Assembly: GCF_018977255.1 (NCBI RefSeq) | Contig: NW_024704761.1 | Coordinates: forward strand, 3,906,001-3,970,000 | Direction: 5' to 3' | DNA: 64,000 nt | From: Callorhinchus milii | Lineage: Eukaryota | Shown: positions 13,446 to 25,770 of the stretch, one piece after another | How the letters are laid out: every line of letters starts with the position of its first letter | Position numbering within the stretch: position 1 is the first letter of the stretch | Notes under the pieces: model-generated | Told to the model about the DNA's origin: nothing | Seen by the model: only the letters and a program-made list of their open reading frames with translations | Databases searched by the model: none | Made by a program: the position numbers and the translations under genes

Positions 13446-15863
13446 TTCTGTGTGTGTGTGTGTGTGTGTGTGTTGTTGCAGGGGAGAGGCGGGGGGGAGG
13501 TTTTTTTGTGGGGGTGGGGGAAAAATACTTAAAAAGAGAAGGAACCAGCAGTGCTGTTCTCCGTTCAGTTTGCCACAGGGCAGCCAAAGAGTTCTAACAT
13601 GAAATTAAAATCAGACTCAGTTCAATCGATCCACAGAGCACACAAATAACACCCCAAGGAATTCCACCGCGAGTGGCATTTCAAATGACTCCAAAGGCAG
13701 CAGCTTCCAGAGCAATGTGATAACAATAATTATGATTATTCATTATAATAATTGCTGGGTTTGATGCAGAGCCTCGTATAACGCTGTCAGAACTCCTTCC
13801 CCATCAGAGACAGTTTCTCCCCACGTTCTGGCTGATGATGCCCCAACAATATTCCCGACACAGTTGTTATTGGGGCATCGCTGTGTGCAAAATTGCCAGC
13901 TGGGTTTGCCTACAAAAACTCACAGTCACTAACAAGAATATTAACATTTGTCACATTTGACACAGTGCCTTTCACATCTCTAAATGTTTTATGGGATAGA
14001 CTGTAAAAGTCCAATGTTTGTATTTTGTAAGCAAACGCAGCAGTCAATTTGCGCACAGCGACGTCCTACAAACAGCTAAGGATTGAGTGAGTAATTTTAT
14101 TTAGGGGATTGCCGGGAGAGAGCAACTCTCTTCTCTTTTCTAATAGTGCCTCGTGTAGGAGTCACTTGAACCTGTGACCCTGAGGTGAAGTAAGGACCGA
14201 CACAAATTCTTCAATCAATTGATTTTGATGAATGCAAATTAGTAAGGTTATATAAGTTACAATCAGTTAATCAACCAAAGGTGATGCTTACGCATAGTCA
14301 GTACAATTCACAACGAGTAAAGTTGGCTGGACCAATGTTGTGGAAGAGATGGAGGAAGAACCAACTTGACCGACTAATACCAAGATTGTTTTTTTTAAGT
14401 GTCGATCGTTGATCAGTATTTTGATGGTTGCCTCGATCTTTTCCTTCGTGTAAATCCTTTTAAGATGCCTGGTCACGGGTAGTTAGTCCGTTCTCCAAAC
14501 CCCTGCTCTTCTAGGCTCGTTGAGAATTATCCTTTACGTTTATATCTTGTTAAAAACGATACGCGTCGACCTTGTAAAGACGCCTGGCGTCGGCTCCACA
14601 ACAACATCTTTGTCTCCAGTTCGTCTCAAACAGTTCGTCTGAGTACCGCGGATTTTACACTGATCCTGTAGCAACAGCGTCTTATCAACGATGACGTTGA
14701 AACTTTTTGTTCTGTAAATGTGCTTCCAACCCGTTTTCCGTTATCCTTGGCCTCCGTGCATAAGTAAATAAGTCCATGAGTCATGGCGATTTTTTGGGAC
14801 CGTTTAAAACAGTTCCACCCGAACAAGGTCCTGGGATTAACGTCTCATTCGAAGGACGGCACCTCCGTCCGACAATGCCACACAACACCAGCGAGTCGGA
14901 GTGTCAGCTTAGACTTAGCGCTCGAGACGGTTCGAAGTCAGAGGCCCGCCTTCAAACAAAAGTATTGTTTATGATGGAACTAATATGAAGAGACGCTGAA
15001 ATTAAAAGTTAGCTCCTTCAGGGGGAAAGGAGAAGACACACTGGTTTACAATTGGTGGATAAATCTTCGCAACGTGCATGTTTCACAGAAAGCAGCGTTG
15101 CTGGAGGTTTATCCGCCTTCAAATGATGATCACCAATGCCCTCGCACAAGCTGACATTACCAGCTGTTGCAGTAACACAGAGGCACACCGCGTGTGACAT
15201 GTGCAAGGCTTCATTTCGCCACAGCGGGTTAGCGCACACACTGCGTGAGGATGATTATTGTTATTTACTTATTTATTTACCTATTTGTTATAAGCTTTCG
15301 GCTGCCGGAGGCACTTGTGTCAATGGGTCGCTGTTTACAAATCACTGCCGAACTGTGAACATCGTCGAAATGTCTCACAGGGTGAGCGCTTCACGGGATT
15401 TATCACGGAGTGTAGCGATTGTGTACCGCGGGCTGACGAGGCAGGCAATTTGCACACAGCGACGTCCCCGCAAACAGATATGAACCCACAACCCTCCCCC
15501 CCACCCCACCACCCAACCTCGAGGCGAGAAGAGTCAGAGAGAAACAGAGCGTGTGAGCGAGCGACCTGTGGCTGAGACCTGTGGCGTGCACAGAAATCTC
15601 TCTAAATTGCCACAGTTCATTTACGCATTAAACGGTAATTACGTCAAGCGGCGACTGAAAGGGCGAACAAATTAGCCGCCATTTAAATTGCAGAACAACA
15701 CCGACCCCCAACCCGCAAATAGCCCTCCCACCCCCACCACCACCACTGACCCACCCGCCTGCTTGCCCCCTGCCATCCACACGGTATTAAATCGAATCAG
15801 CCCGTTACAATCACTTGCGAGGCTGCTGTGAGGTCGAGCATAACAGGCAGCGAGGCGACCATC

Positions 15864-15874
15864 CTTATTTATAA
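15864..15874 (+). promoter_or_regulatory. TATA-like box of GPR142; putative 5'UTR exon ~15900-16419
   Basis: TATTTATAAG is followed by a GC-rich leader, a strong donor GAG|gtgagt at 16420, and an acceptor ttttttttaacag at 17113 upstream of the ATG. Confidence 0.45.
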
Positions 15875-17204
15875 GATTTCAGCCTGGCTTCGCATTTGCT
15901 GATCAAGCACAGGGGCTAAAACCAACAAGAGCCCTCTGTGCCTGACGCTCTCATATCTTGGCGACAGCATGGATAAATTGCATTCAGCCTCATTTGCGAC
16001 GCTCTGGACTCTCACCTGCCTCTCCGGCTCCACCTCTAATTGCCTGCGTCGTTCCAGCCCTCCCCCCTTCTCGTCGCAGGCGAGCGGGCGAGCGAGCGAA
16101 CGAGCGAACGAGGCAGCGGAGAAATAGTTTCTCTGTTTAACACAACGTTTCTGTCTTGCGCCCGACATCCTCCGCTCTCGGGACGCAGGTTATTTTGCTG
16201 CTGCCCGCTTCAGCCCTTTACGGCTTGCGAGGACGAGGAGAGGAGTTTGGGGTCAGGAAAGAAGAGTCTTTTGACTGTTCGTTTTGTCCAGAGATCAGAG
16301 GCAGAACGGAACATCTTCATCACTGCCGCAAACAGGTATTAAGCTTAAGAGAGATGTGAGTTGCCTGCACCAACCTGGACAGGGAGAGAGTACAGCCAGC
16401 GAGACAGTGAGCAGCTGAGGTGAGTGGCTTCTTTGCTAACGGTTTATTTTCTAACTCGGCTCCTCGTCAGCCCAGATTATATTAAAACCAACAGATTTGG
16501 GGAACGGCCGAAAACACGAGGTTGCCGCAGTTTTACAGCAAAATCGCTCCGAGACACTCTCCCGACGCGAAAGGCGCTGTATCAAATGCAAGGATTATCA
16601 TCATTAAAAAAAAATTTGATCACTCAATCCACGACTGTTTGCGGGACACTGTTGCCCGCAATTGGCTGTCGCGTTTCGCCCAGAAAATACGCAGTCAATT
16701 CACTTTACAGTGTATCCTGCAAAGTACCTTTGAGACGTCTCAACGATGTGATAAGGCGCTATGTGAAAAGCAAGGATTATTGTCATTATTATTGTTATAA
16801 CAACGCCCTTTCCAGATGGATCTGTATGTTGACATAATAGAGGAATAAATGGGCGGAAAGGGGACGAAAGGTCCCGATTGTATAAAACTGGTTCAATGGA
16901 GAACAATTCACTCTCCTTCATGATCAGTATTTTGTCACAGTTTAGCTCAGGTTGTCTAAGTCCCATCTCCATCACACGCTGTAGCGGCACATCGTGGATT
17001 TCTGAGAATCGTCAGCTATTTTTGCTGCGAGCCGACAATATAGCCCTAATTAGAATAATAATCCGTGCATTTAACATCCCATCTGCAGTCGTTTTTGTGT
17101 TTTTTTTTAACAGTGTTTGATGTTCTCAGTAACTTGAAGGAAGCCCAGAGCATCTCCACGGGTCTCACACTGGCCACTCGCACGGTTGCTCCCCAGGCGC
17201 TCGC

Positions 17205-18089
17205 ATGTTCCTGCCCACGGGGGAAATGATCGAAGGGGAAATGAGCGAAGGGCACAACGCCACCCCACCGGGCCCCTCGCAGGGAGTGGGGGCAGCGGAG
17301 ATGGAGAAATCGCCCTGCGTCCTGGGAGTCATCCCGCTCGTTTACTACAGCGTCCTGCTCTGCCTGGGATTGCCTGGTAAGTCAGCCACAACAACAGTTT
17401 GCCTTTATATAGCGGTGTAGAGTCCCGGAGTCCAAGAGCCAAGGCTTCAGATCGCTGTCCTACACACAACACCAAAGCAAAGAGTTTTTTTCGAACAGCG
17501 CCGATGGGGTCTTTAACGTCCACCTGAACAGGCACAGGCGGGACCTCGGTTTAACGTCTCATCCGAAGATTTGGCTGCGGGCTGCTGCCTGCTGCGCGCG
17601 CTTGCGTACAAAGTACACAGTCACTACACTTTATTATTATTATTTAGACTCAGAATTGCAGCCCAATTTGTACCCCTCTCCCCCCGCAAAAAAAAAACTG
17701 TTTCAAAATTTCCACGAGACTACAACTAAAACGAATTACATTTACGCGGCGCCTTTCATGTCGGGAGGACGTCCCAAAGGGCCGGACAGTCAAGGGTTTG
17801 CACCCGAGCTGAGGGTTGGCATCAGGCGGCGTGGGGGGAAGGGAGGGTGGGGGGGTTTGGAACGTGACCGAAGGCGCGGTCGAAGAGGAAGGTCTTGAGA
17901 CGGCAGCAATCAGCAGTGATTCATGACGATGTTTCAGACAGAGAGATCTTATTACCAGCCAGAGCTTGTACTCACGTTGGCAGGAACATTGCATTTGGTG
18001 CCTGCGAATTGAATTTATCTCAGGTCTCCCATCCCCTCTCACACACACGTGCACACAGACACACACGCACACACACACACGTGCACACA

Positions 18090-18124
<35 letters not shown>

Positions 18125-19767
18125 CTCCCGACATCAACGGCTGATTCATCACTTGCTGTGTTACAGCCATTCGAATTGGATCACAGAAAGTGGTAAAGCA
18201 ATCAGACGAAATCAGAGCAAAGGAGCTTCACTGACCCAACGGGTGGAAACGACAACATATTGGGCGGGTGAGGGGGGTGTGGGGTTTGGGGAGGCAATGA
18301 GGTGGGGTAGAAATCTCACCCGGGTCTAGATTTACGTACTATTTAACGAGGCGATAAAACGCAAAGATTATTATTATTATTGTTATTTCAGAGGGTGCAG
18401 AACTTTGCAAATTGATGAATTCAGCCTTAACTTTCAAGTCGTCTTTTCTTTTAACCCCCTTTGTTCTTGAAAGAAATACCCCTTCTTTGCCCGTTCCTCC
18501 AATCACACGGATTAAGAAATTCTGGACTCCTGGAATTCTGAAATACTACGTTGTTAATAAGAGTCAAACGGACTTTATTCCCGGGGATGAATCTCTACCC
18601 GATCAATCTGGTGTGGAGACAGACCCCCCTCCCCTAAGCACGGTGATGGGTTTCCGTGTGTGTCAGATACACCCCCTCACCCCACCTCCCCGGCTGACCA
18701 AAAAGAAAAAGAAAACAGTCTTGCAGGTTGAGTGTAATTTCAGAGCTCGGGGTGGGTGGGGGTGGGGGGGGCGGGCAGGCTGCAGGCACGTGGTGTGTGA
18801 ATGGATGGAGACGTGTGTGTGTGTGTGTGTGTGTGTGTTTTTGTTCGATGGTCGAGTGTCTGACTGGCTTATCGTTGCCACATGGACGTGCTGATGTGAA
18901 GGTACATTCTGTTCCCATCAAAACACGGTCCAGCGGAGCTCAGTGTGTACTCGCGGTAACTTTCTCTCTCCTTTACCCTCAGTGAACGTCCTGAACACGG
19001 TGGTCCTCTCCAGCCTGGCCGCCAAGACCAAGAAGTCCTCCTATTGCTACCTGCTGGCCCTGTCGGCCTCCGACCTGCTGACCCAGTTCTTCATCGTGTT
19101 CGTGGGCTTCATCCTGGAGGCTGGGCTGCTGGCCCGCGAGTTGCCGGAGGCAATGGCCCACAGCGTGAGCGTCATGGAGTTCGCCGCCAACCACGCCTCC
19201 ATCTGGATCACTGTTCCGCTCACCGTGGACCGCTACTACGCCCTGTGTCACCCGCTGAGGTACAGAGCCGTCTCGTACCCCGGCCGAACCTACAAGGTCA
19301 TAGCCACCGTCTTCGTGGCTTCCCTCCTGACGGGCGTGCCGTTTTACTGGTGGTCGGATCTGTGGCGGGTCAGGAGCCCCCCCACCCCGCTGGACCAGGT
19401 GCTGGTATGGACCCACTGCTTCATCATCTACTTTGTGCCGTGCACCGTGTTCCTGGTGGTGAACTCGATCATCGTCCACAAGCTCGGGCGCAGGAGGGCT
19501 CCCAGCGGGCGTTCGGGCAAGACAACGGCCATTCTCCTGGCGGTCACTACCGTCTTCGCCATCCTCTGGGCCCCTCGTACTGTGGTCATCATCTACCATC
19601 TGTACGTCTCCTCGGTCAACAGGGACTGGAAGGTCCACCTGGCCTTCGACCTGGCCAACATGCTGGCCATGACCAACACCGCCGTCAACTTCTTCCTGTA
19701 CTGCTTCGTGAGCAAACGCTTCCGAGTCACCGTCAAGGAGGTCGTCAGGTCGTTCTGCAAGAGGTGA
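17205..19767 (+). CDS. GPR142: Class A GPCR GPR142; coding exons 17205-17376 and 18983-19767 (318 aa)
   Basis: SPCVLGVIPLVYYSVLLCLGLP|V joins in phase 1 to the 7TM exon (EFAANHASIW, TVDRY, GVPFYWW, LWAPR, DWKVHLAFDLANM, NFFLYCFVSKRFR). Diagnostic residues fit GPR142 better than GPR139, and it lies between BTBD17 and GPRC5C as in human. Confidence 0.93.
18040..18120. repeat. (CA)n microsatellite
   Basis: Seen directly. Confidence 0.95.
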
Positions 19768-21290
19768 CCAGCTGCCCTCCTGTGGGTGTGTGTGTGTGTG
19801 TGTGTGTGTGATGGGGTTGGGGGGTAGAGAAGGGGGAGCGAGAGAGAGGAGAAAGCCTTCAGATGGATTTCCGCGACGTCTCCTCATGTCGTGAGCTTCT
19901 CGTGTCCGCTGTGCGTTTGACCTCCGCCGTGAATCAGCGGCGCAGAACGGGAGCTGCCACCCCAAGGCAGAGACATCCCGACCCCCGTCGTTTGCTTGTG
20001 GTAAACGGTGCCGTTTGCACGTGTCGTAAATGCTATTGTACTGGAAGTGAAACGTGGCAATAAACACCGTCGGCGCTGGGTTCCCGCGTTTGTAACCAAG
20101 TTTGGCCTCGTCTTTCTCGACGCTCGCAGGCGGACGGGCGGAGAACGATGGGGCCCGGTTTCGGGGAGCAATTTTCAGGACAGACACCGGGAAGTTTGTC
20201 TTTACCCAGAGGCCGGGTGGCGGACTGGCTCCCCATTGGGGCTCGGGATTGTCAGGGGAAAATGGGGGGGGGCGGGGGGTGGAGGGGGAGAGGGAGGGTG
20301 GGGAGGCAGCAGGTCGGCACGAAACATCCATTGAACTAAGCTGCGCCGGGCGGGAAGTGCCGGGAGCAAATCACAGGGGCCGCTCGGGAAATTTCACAGA
20401 AATTTCACAGTCCGCCCCTGCCCGAGGGTGATTTAACAACTATAGCCACCAAAGTTCCTCCTCAGTTTCAGCCGTAAAACCGTTTAAACGTTCAGAATGG
20501 GCGGAAATTACGGAGCATTCTAATTCGGAAAGCCGGTTTTCCCCGCAGTTCTTAAACACAACCCCACCCCACCCCCAACCCCCCCCCCACCCCCCCGACC
20601 CCCACCCACCCCACTTCCCCACCCTCAAGAAATGTTTTGCAAATAAAGTCCGAATGCATTCGCAGAGTCTTTCAATACACTTGATTAAATTCCGAAGGCT
20701 CAAGACCGACGGGAAATATTCCGGACTCCGGGAATATTTTCGGTGGCCGCATTTGCCAACAAGGCCACCGGAGGGAGACGCTCCTCCTCCTCGTTGCGTG
20801 ATCCTTATGGGGGACGTTTTTACTCGATTTGTTTTGGGTCAACCGAGTGTCCGATACGTGTGTGGAAACCCATCACCGCTGCTTAAGAGTATCCAAACCG
20901 AGCTGAGAATTCCATGCATCCCACCTACACGTGGAAATCCCAGAGATAGATTGGTGGGATGGAATGCGCATTCTCTCTCTCTCTCTCCTGGAGGGATGCA
21001 TCCTGCTTACCTAATTCCGGAAAGTATTAGGCGCGGGTTGGCAAAAGACGAGGCTCGGGGGGGCAGCCCGGAGCATGCGTTGGGGGGACTGCTGGAGTCT
21101 AACCAGCTAAAACCGCACAGCAGTGAGGGCCACTGCTCCGTGCTGCTGAACCTCCGAACCGATTTGCACACAGTATCGCAAGGTTATAAAAGTCAGATTT
21201 AATTCACGGGTAATAACATGGACTTCGCTGAGCAGCACGTGCGCTGAAGACAGTCAGATCCACCCGATAATTACCAGATCATAGAAGGTG

Positions 21291-21324
<34 letters not shown>

Positions 21325-22701
21325 CCATCACATCCGGACCATTGCAAACAAAGGATCAAACGCACTCGGTATGAAAGCGGAGCACAGGACCCAATGTGTG
21401 ACTTACCCACAGCGAAGGGCGAAGGTGGGAATAATAATCCTCACGTTTCACACAACCCCTCGATCTTCCAAATGTCTCCAAGCAGGCGATGCTTCGAACA
21501 GCCATCTGCGGAAACTCATTTCGCGTCATGTTACAACTTACATTGATATCGTGCCTTTCACAAGCTCCGCCACTGCTGAGCGCTCCGACACCCCTGCCCG
21601 GGTGAAGGCCCGGCGACGTGAACGCAGGTTGTTTTAGTTTCATGTCGGTGGGGGGGCAACGTCTTAGAGAGTGTCAAAAAAAAAGTTCGATTTTTTTTTT
21701 TTTGCTTTTACGATTTTTAGTAATTTACCAAAATTTCCCTGGCGAGGAAGTCTGTGCCTATTGTACAATCCTTCAACCCGATGGTGGGCAGATGTATCTC
21801 AGACCTGCACTGAATCTAAGCGTCCCGAGACACGAAAGGCGCTATACAAGTGCAAGTTGCTGTCGTTGGATCAGTCTGGGCCGGTCCACATACAGGGGTC
21901 TCTCTGGAAGTGCTGTCAACGTGTGGAAGGCATGTGATTCCCACAGGCAGCCACGAGATGGAGGTAATTGCTTAGCTGACGTGATACACGTGTACGTATC
22001 TTTCCTCACTAATAACCTGTAATTATAAACAAGTCGCACAAGTAAATATAAAGTAAAGAAAGAAATGTTGAAAGAGTTTACAATGAAGGGTATTTGACTC
22101 GATAACTTGGTCCAAGAGGGGTAATAAGAGTCCCAGAGGATAAATACTACAGTTTAAACCTGTTTAGAACAGCCACCTCTATTCAGCAACCTCCCGATGT
22201 CAACAACCACCCTGGAACAGAACTGGCCAATTTTCCATCATAAACCACCTCTATTCAGCCTAACGCAACCAGTGGCCGTGCTTCTTGTTAGCCCTGTCCG
22301 TATACGTTTACAGGATGGTACCAGTCCGTGGATTGAGTGACCAGAAAAAAATGTAGTCACTCATCCCACGACTGTTTGTGGGACGCTGCTGCGCACAATT
22401 GGCCGCCTCGCTTCGCTACCATAATACGCACAATCAGTTCACTTTACAATCCATCCTGTGAAGCGCTTTGACACGTCTGAATGGCGTGGTAAGGCGTGGT
22501 ACTTTTCAGCGGCTGGTCGGGCGGGCTGCTCAGCAGGGCGTCAGCATGTCTCAGGAGACCAGCCTGAGTCTACGCCCCGGCCCACAGGAATTTTTGGCCA
22601 ATGCAAACAGTAATTATTTGCACTTTGCATTTGAATTATTACTTCATTCAAACCAGATTAATTTGATATGTGCACCGTATTTTTCTATGCACTTTGAAAT
22701 T

Positions 22702-22737
<36 letters not shown>

Positions 22738-22950
22738 CCTTACATAAAAGCTACTTTGGTCCCACCCCTGAGTGGTTGTTGATGAAAGTAATGAGAATAA
22801 TAATATTAATAATAATAATCCTTACACTTGATGCCCAGAATCTTCCACGTCAGTAGGACGTCTGAATGTGCTCCACAGGATTCACAGCCATGTGTAATCA
22901 TTGTGTATTTTGTGGGCGTGAAGAATCCCTACGTGTGAGAGGCCACCTTA

Positions 22951-23164
22951 GAAACAGGAGGAGGCCATTCAGCCCCTCGAGCCTGTTCCGCCATTCTATC
23001 AGATCATGGCTGATAGGTACCTCAACTCCAATTACCTTATTTCATGGAAACAGCTCAAATTGAGACATTAGGGCCAAAAGGCAGACCTTCGGGATCAAAA
23101 AATCTGCAGAAATCTAATAAACTGGCGGAACAGGTTTGATGGGCTGAATGTCCTCTTCCTGTTC
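22951..23164. mobile_element. Two CR1 3'-end fragments in inverted orientation
   Basis: aggaggaggccattcagcccctcgagcctgttccgcca (minus) and tggcggaacaggtttgatgggctgaatgtcctcttcctgtt (plus). The same end occurs at 35387-35490. Confidence 0.65.
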
Positions 23165-24419
23165 ACCGAAATTCCTGTGCTCTTAAATCACTTCACAGAG
23201 AGAGTTTCTTTGCTCATAGAAAATGTAGTGAACCCGCAAAAGAGGGAACTATTTTCAACTCCCAAAACTTTCAGAAAACAGAGAGGTCATGAGAAAAAAT
23301 TCTGTTTTCAACAAAACATTTAACCTTGCTGGTCCCTTCGGGGGAAACTCTCAGTTCCTGCTAAATGCATCGCCTGTCTGATTCTCACGCTTCAGATACC
23401 AAGTAAATCTCCTCCTGCTCTGCCCAGACTTGGGGTCTTATAATATTAATAATAATAATAATAATCCTTGCATTTGACATAGCGCCTCGTCACGTGTTTG
23501 AGACGTCTCAAAGCCCTTCACAGGATATTCTGTAAAGTGAAAGTGGGACGTCCTCCCGACGTGAAAGGCGCTATACAAATGTAATTTTGTTGTTGTTGCT
23601 GTTGAATTGACTGTGTATTTTGTGGGCGAAACGGGGAAGCCAGTTGCGCACAGCAGTGTGTGTGTGTATATATATATAATAATAAAAACGCTTGTTACAG
23701 TGTCTAGAACTTACAAAGTGCTTCACAACACCACAGTGCTTTCTCTCTGTCCGCCCCCCACCCCCCCACCCCCCCCAAGCACTGTATTGGAACATCACCC
23801 TAAACTGCGTGAGCGCAAAGCCCCAACACAGAGAGACTGAACCCGCAATCCTCTGACTCAAAGTTGAGAGACACGGAGAGAGAGTGTTATCACGTGAGCC
23901 AGGCTGACACCTCCTCATTATAATATAATATATAACATAATAATAATCCTTGCATTTGAGATAGCAGCTTATCATGGCGTTGAGGACGTCTCAAAGCGCT
24001 TCACAGATACACTGCAAAATGCAGTGACTGTATTTTGTGGGCGAAATTAATAATTCAATTATTAACGCAAGGGAGTATGCCTGAAACAAGGGCAGACAAT
24101 AATAATAATCTTTTTGCGTTCGGTATAGCGCCTTCTAATAATAATGATCCTTATTATAATTACTATCATCACGGCGTCGAGACATCTCAAAGCGCTTCAC
24201 GGGATTTACTGTGCGACGGTATTTTGTGGGCGAAGAGCGGGGCGGTGCACAAAAGAGCAGGTCTGGATTGACAGCTGGTGTGAGAATTAGGGAGGGGGAA
24301 GGGGTGGGGAAGGGGGAGTGGGGGGGGGGGGGGGGAAGAGTTCCCTGGTGTGGGAGACGCTATCAGCCTTTAGGATTGTGCTGAATCTCACAGGCTGATG
24401 TCACATTCTGATGTCAGTG

Positions 24420-24707
24420 CTGAGAGGCTGGAGTCACACACTCACTCGCTCGCTCGCTCACTCACTCAGTGAGTGCAGTTCTCTCCTCTTTACTCCCGTC
24501 TGTCCGAAAGTGGGATAATAATAATAATAATAATAATAATACTATTAAGCGAGTGCCAAGGAGGTGGCGGAGGAAGCTGACTTTGCCTCGGTTTCCTGGA
24601 TCTGTCAGTTGACAACACAAACCCAGGAGTGTGGCACCAGGACAGAGCTTTGCTTTACTTGGGATCTCACTGCCTGAACTTGTATCCAGTCTGTCCTGCT
24701 GCCTCAG
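24420..24707 (+). other. Putative non-coding exon 1 of GPRC5C
   Basis: Strong donor CAG|gtaaga at 24708 downstream of a G-rich promoter-like tract. The next good acceptor (caacag|G at 27767) precedes the ATG. Contains an (AAT)n tract. The start coordinate is approximate. Confidence 0.5.
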
Positions 24708-25067
24708 GTAAGATCTCACTCCGTCTCCATGTCTCTCTCTCTCCCTCTCTCTCTCTGGATTTCTTTGTCCGTCTTTTGCACCTTGATCATGAGAATTCAT
24801 CATTATTATTATTATTATTATTATTAAATTGTTGATTATTGGGGGATCCCCCCCCCCACCACCACAAAAACACAGCCACAACAGGTTCTCCCCCATACAT
24901 GTATTAAGTTGCAAAATATTTGAAGTTGTTAAAGAAAAAGCATAATTTTGGGGGGCTTTTTTTTTAAAAAAAGGAAAGCGTGGGGAGAAGGTGTATGGGG
25001 GGGGGGGGGTGGAGTGGGTGGGTGGGGGGGGGGAGATAAAGTGGATAAAAAGATTGGGTCTGATTTG

Positions 25068-25256
25068 AGTGTGTGTCTCTGTCTTTGTCTGTGTGCATGT
25101 GTCTTTGTGTGTGTGTGTGTGTGAGTGTCTGTATGTGTCTTTGTGTGGTGTGTGTCTGTGTGTGTGTGTTTATATGTGTTTTTGTGGGTGGGTGCATGTG
25201 TTTTTATGTGTGTTTGTGCCTGTCTGTGTGTGTGTGTGTCTGTGTGTGTGTGTGTT
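25068..25256. repeat. Degenerate (GT)n tract
   Basis: Seen directly. Confidence 0.9.
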
Positions 25257-25592
25257 GTGCTTCTGCTGCTGATTTTCAGGTTGGACGTCTTGTGTTAATT
25301 CAGATTGCCCGGGTCGGGTGGCAGTGAGTGAATCAGATAGTGAAACAAGGTGCTTTGAGAAAGGGGAGCAGGGCAAGTCCGGTCAAGACGGCGATTAAAA
25401 GCCCGACTGTTCTCAGTTGTTAGTGCAACTGAACATCCACCGCACTCTGGCTTCTCCCTGAGCAGAGGTGGCAAGTCTGAGACCAGGGCTTCGGGTCAGC
25501 CTTGGGGTTTGTGTGTGAAGCTCACACAGAGACGGAGGGAGCTTGGGTTTAGTACACAGGGGTTCCTGAGTTGAGTTGACAATTAAGACTGA

Positions 25593-25770
25593 ATAATAAC
25601 AATAATAATCCTTGCCTTTGATACAGCGCCTTATTGCATCTTCGAGACGTCTCAAAGCGCTTCACAGGATATACTGTAAAGTGAATTGACTGTGTATTGT
25701 GTGGGTGAAACGCGGCAGTCAATTGCGCACAGCAGCGTCCCACAAACAGTCGTGGATTGAGTGATCGCAT
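25593..25770 (-). mobile_element. SINE 3' half in GPRC5C intron 1
   Basis: Reverse complement of the shared 3' module with an (AAT)n end. Confidence 0.8.

Noticed and set aside
13832-13880. CTGATGA followed by a hairpin (possible third hammerhead)
   Set aside because: No GAAA box after the stem; it is an internal hairpin of a SINE copy.
18979-20331. 450-aa minus-strand ORF (and the 255-aa alternate-frame ORF 19044-19811)
   Set aside because: Shadows of the GC-rich GPR142 exon, running into microsatellite and G-tract sequence.
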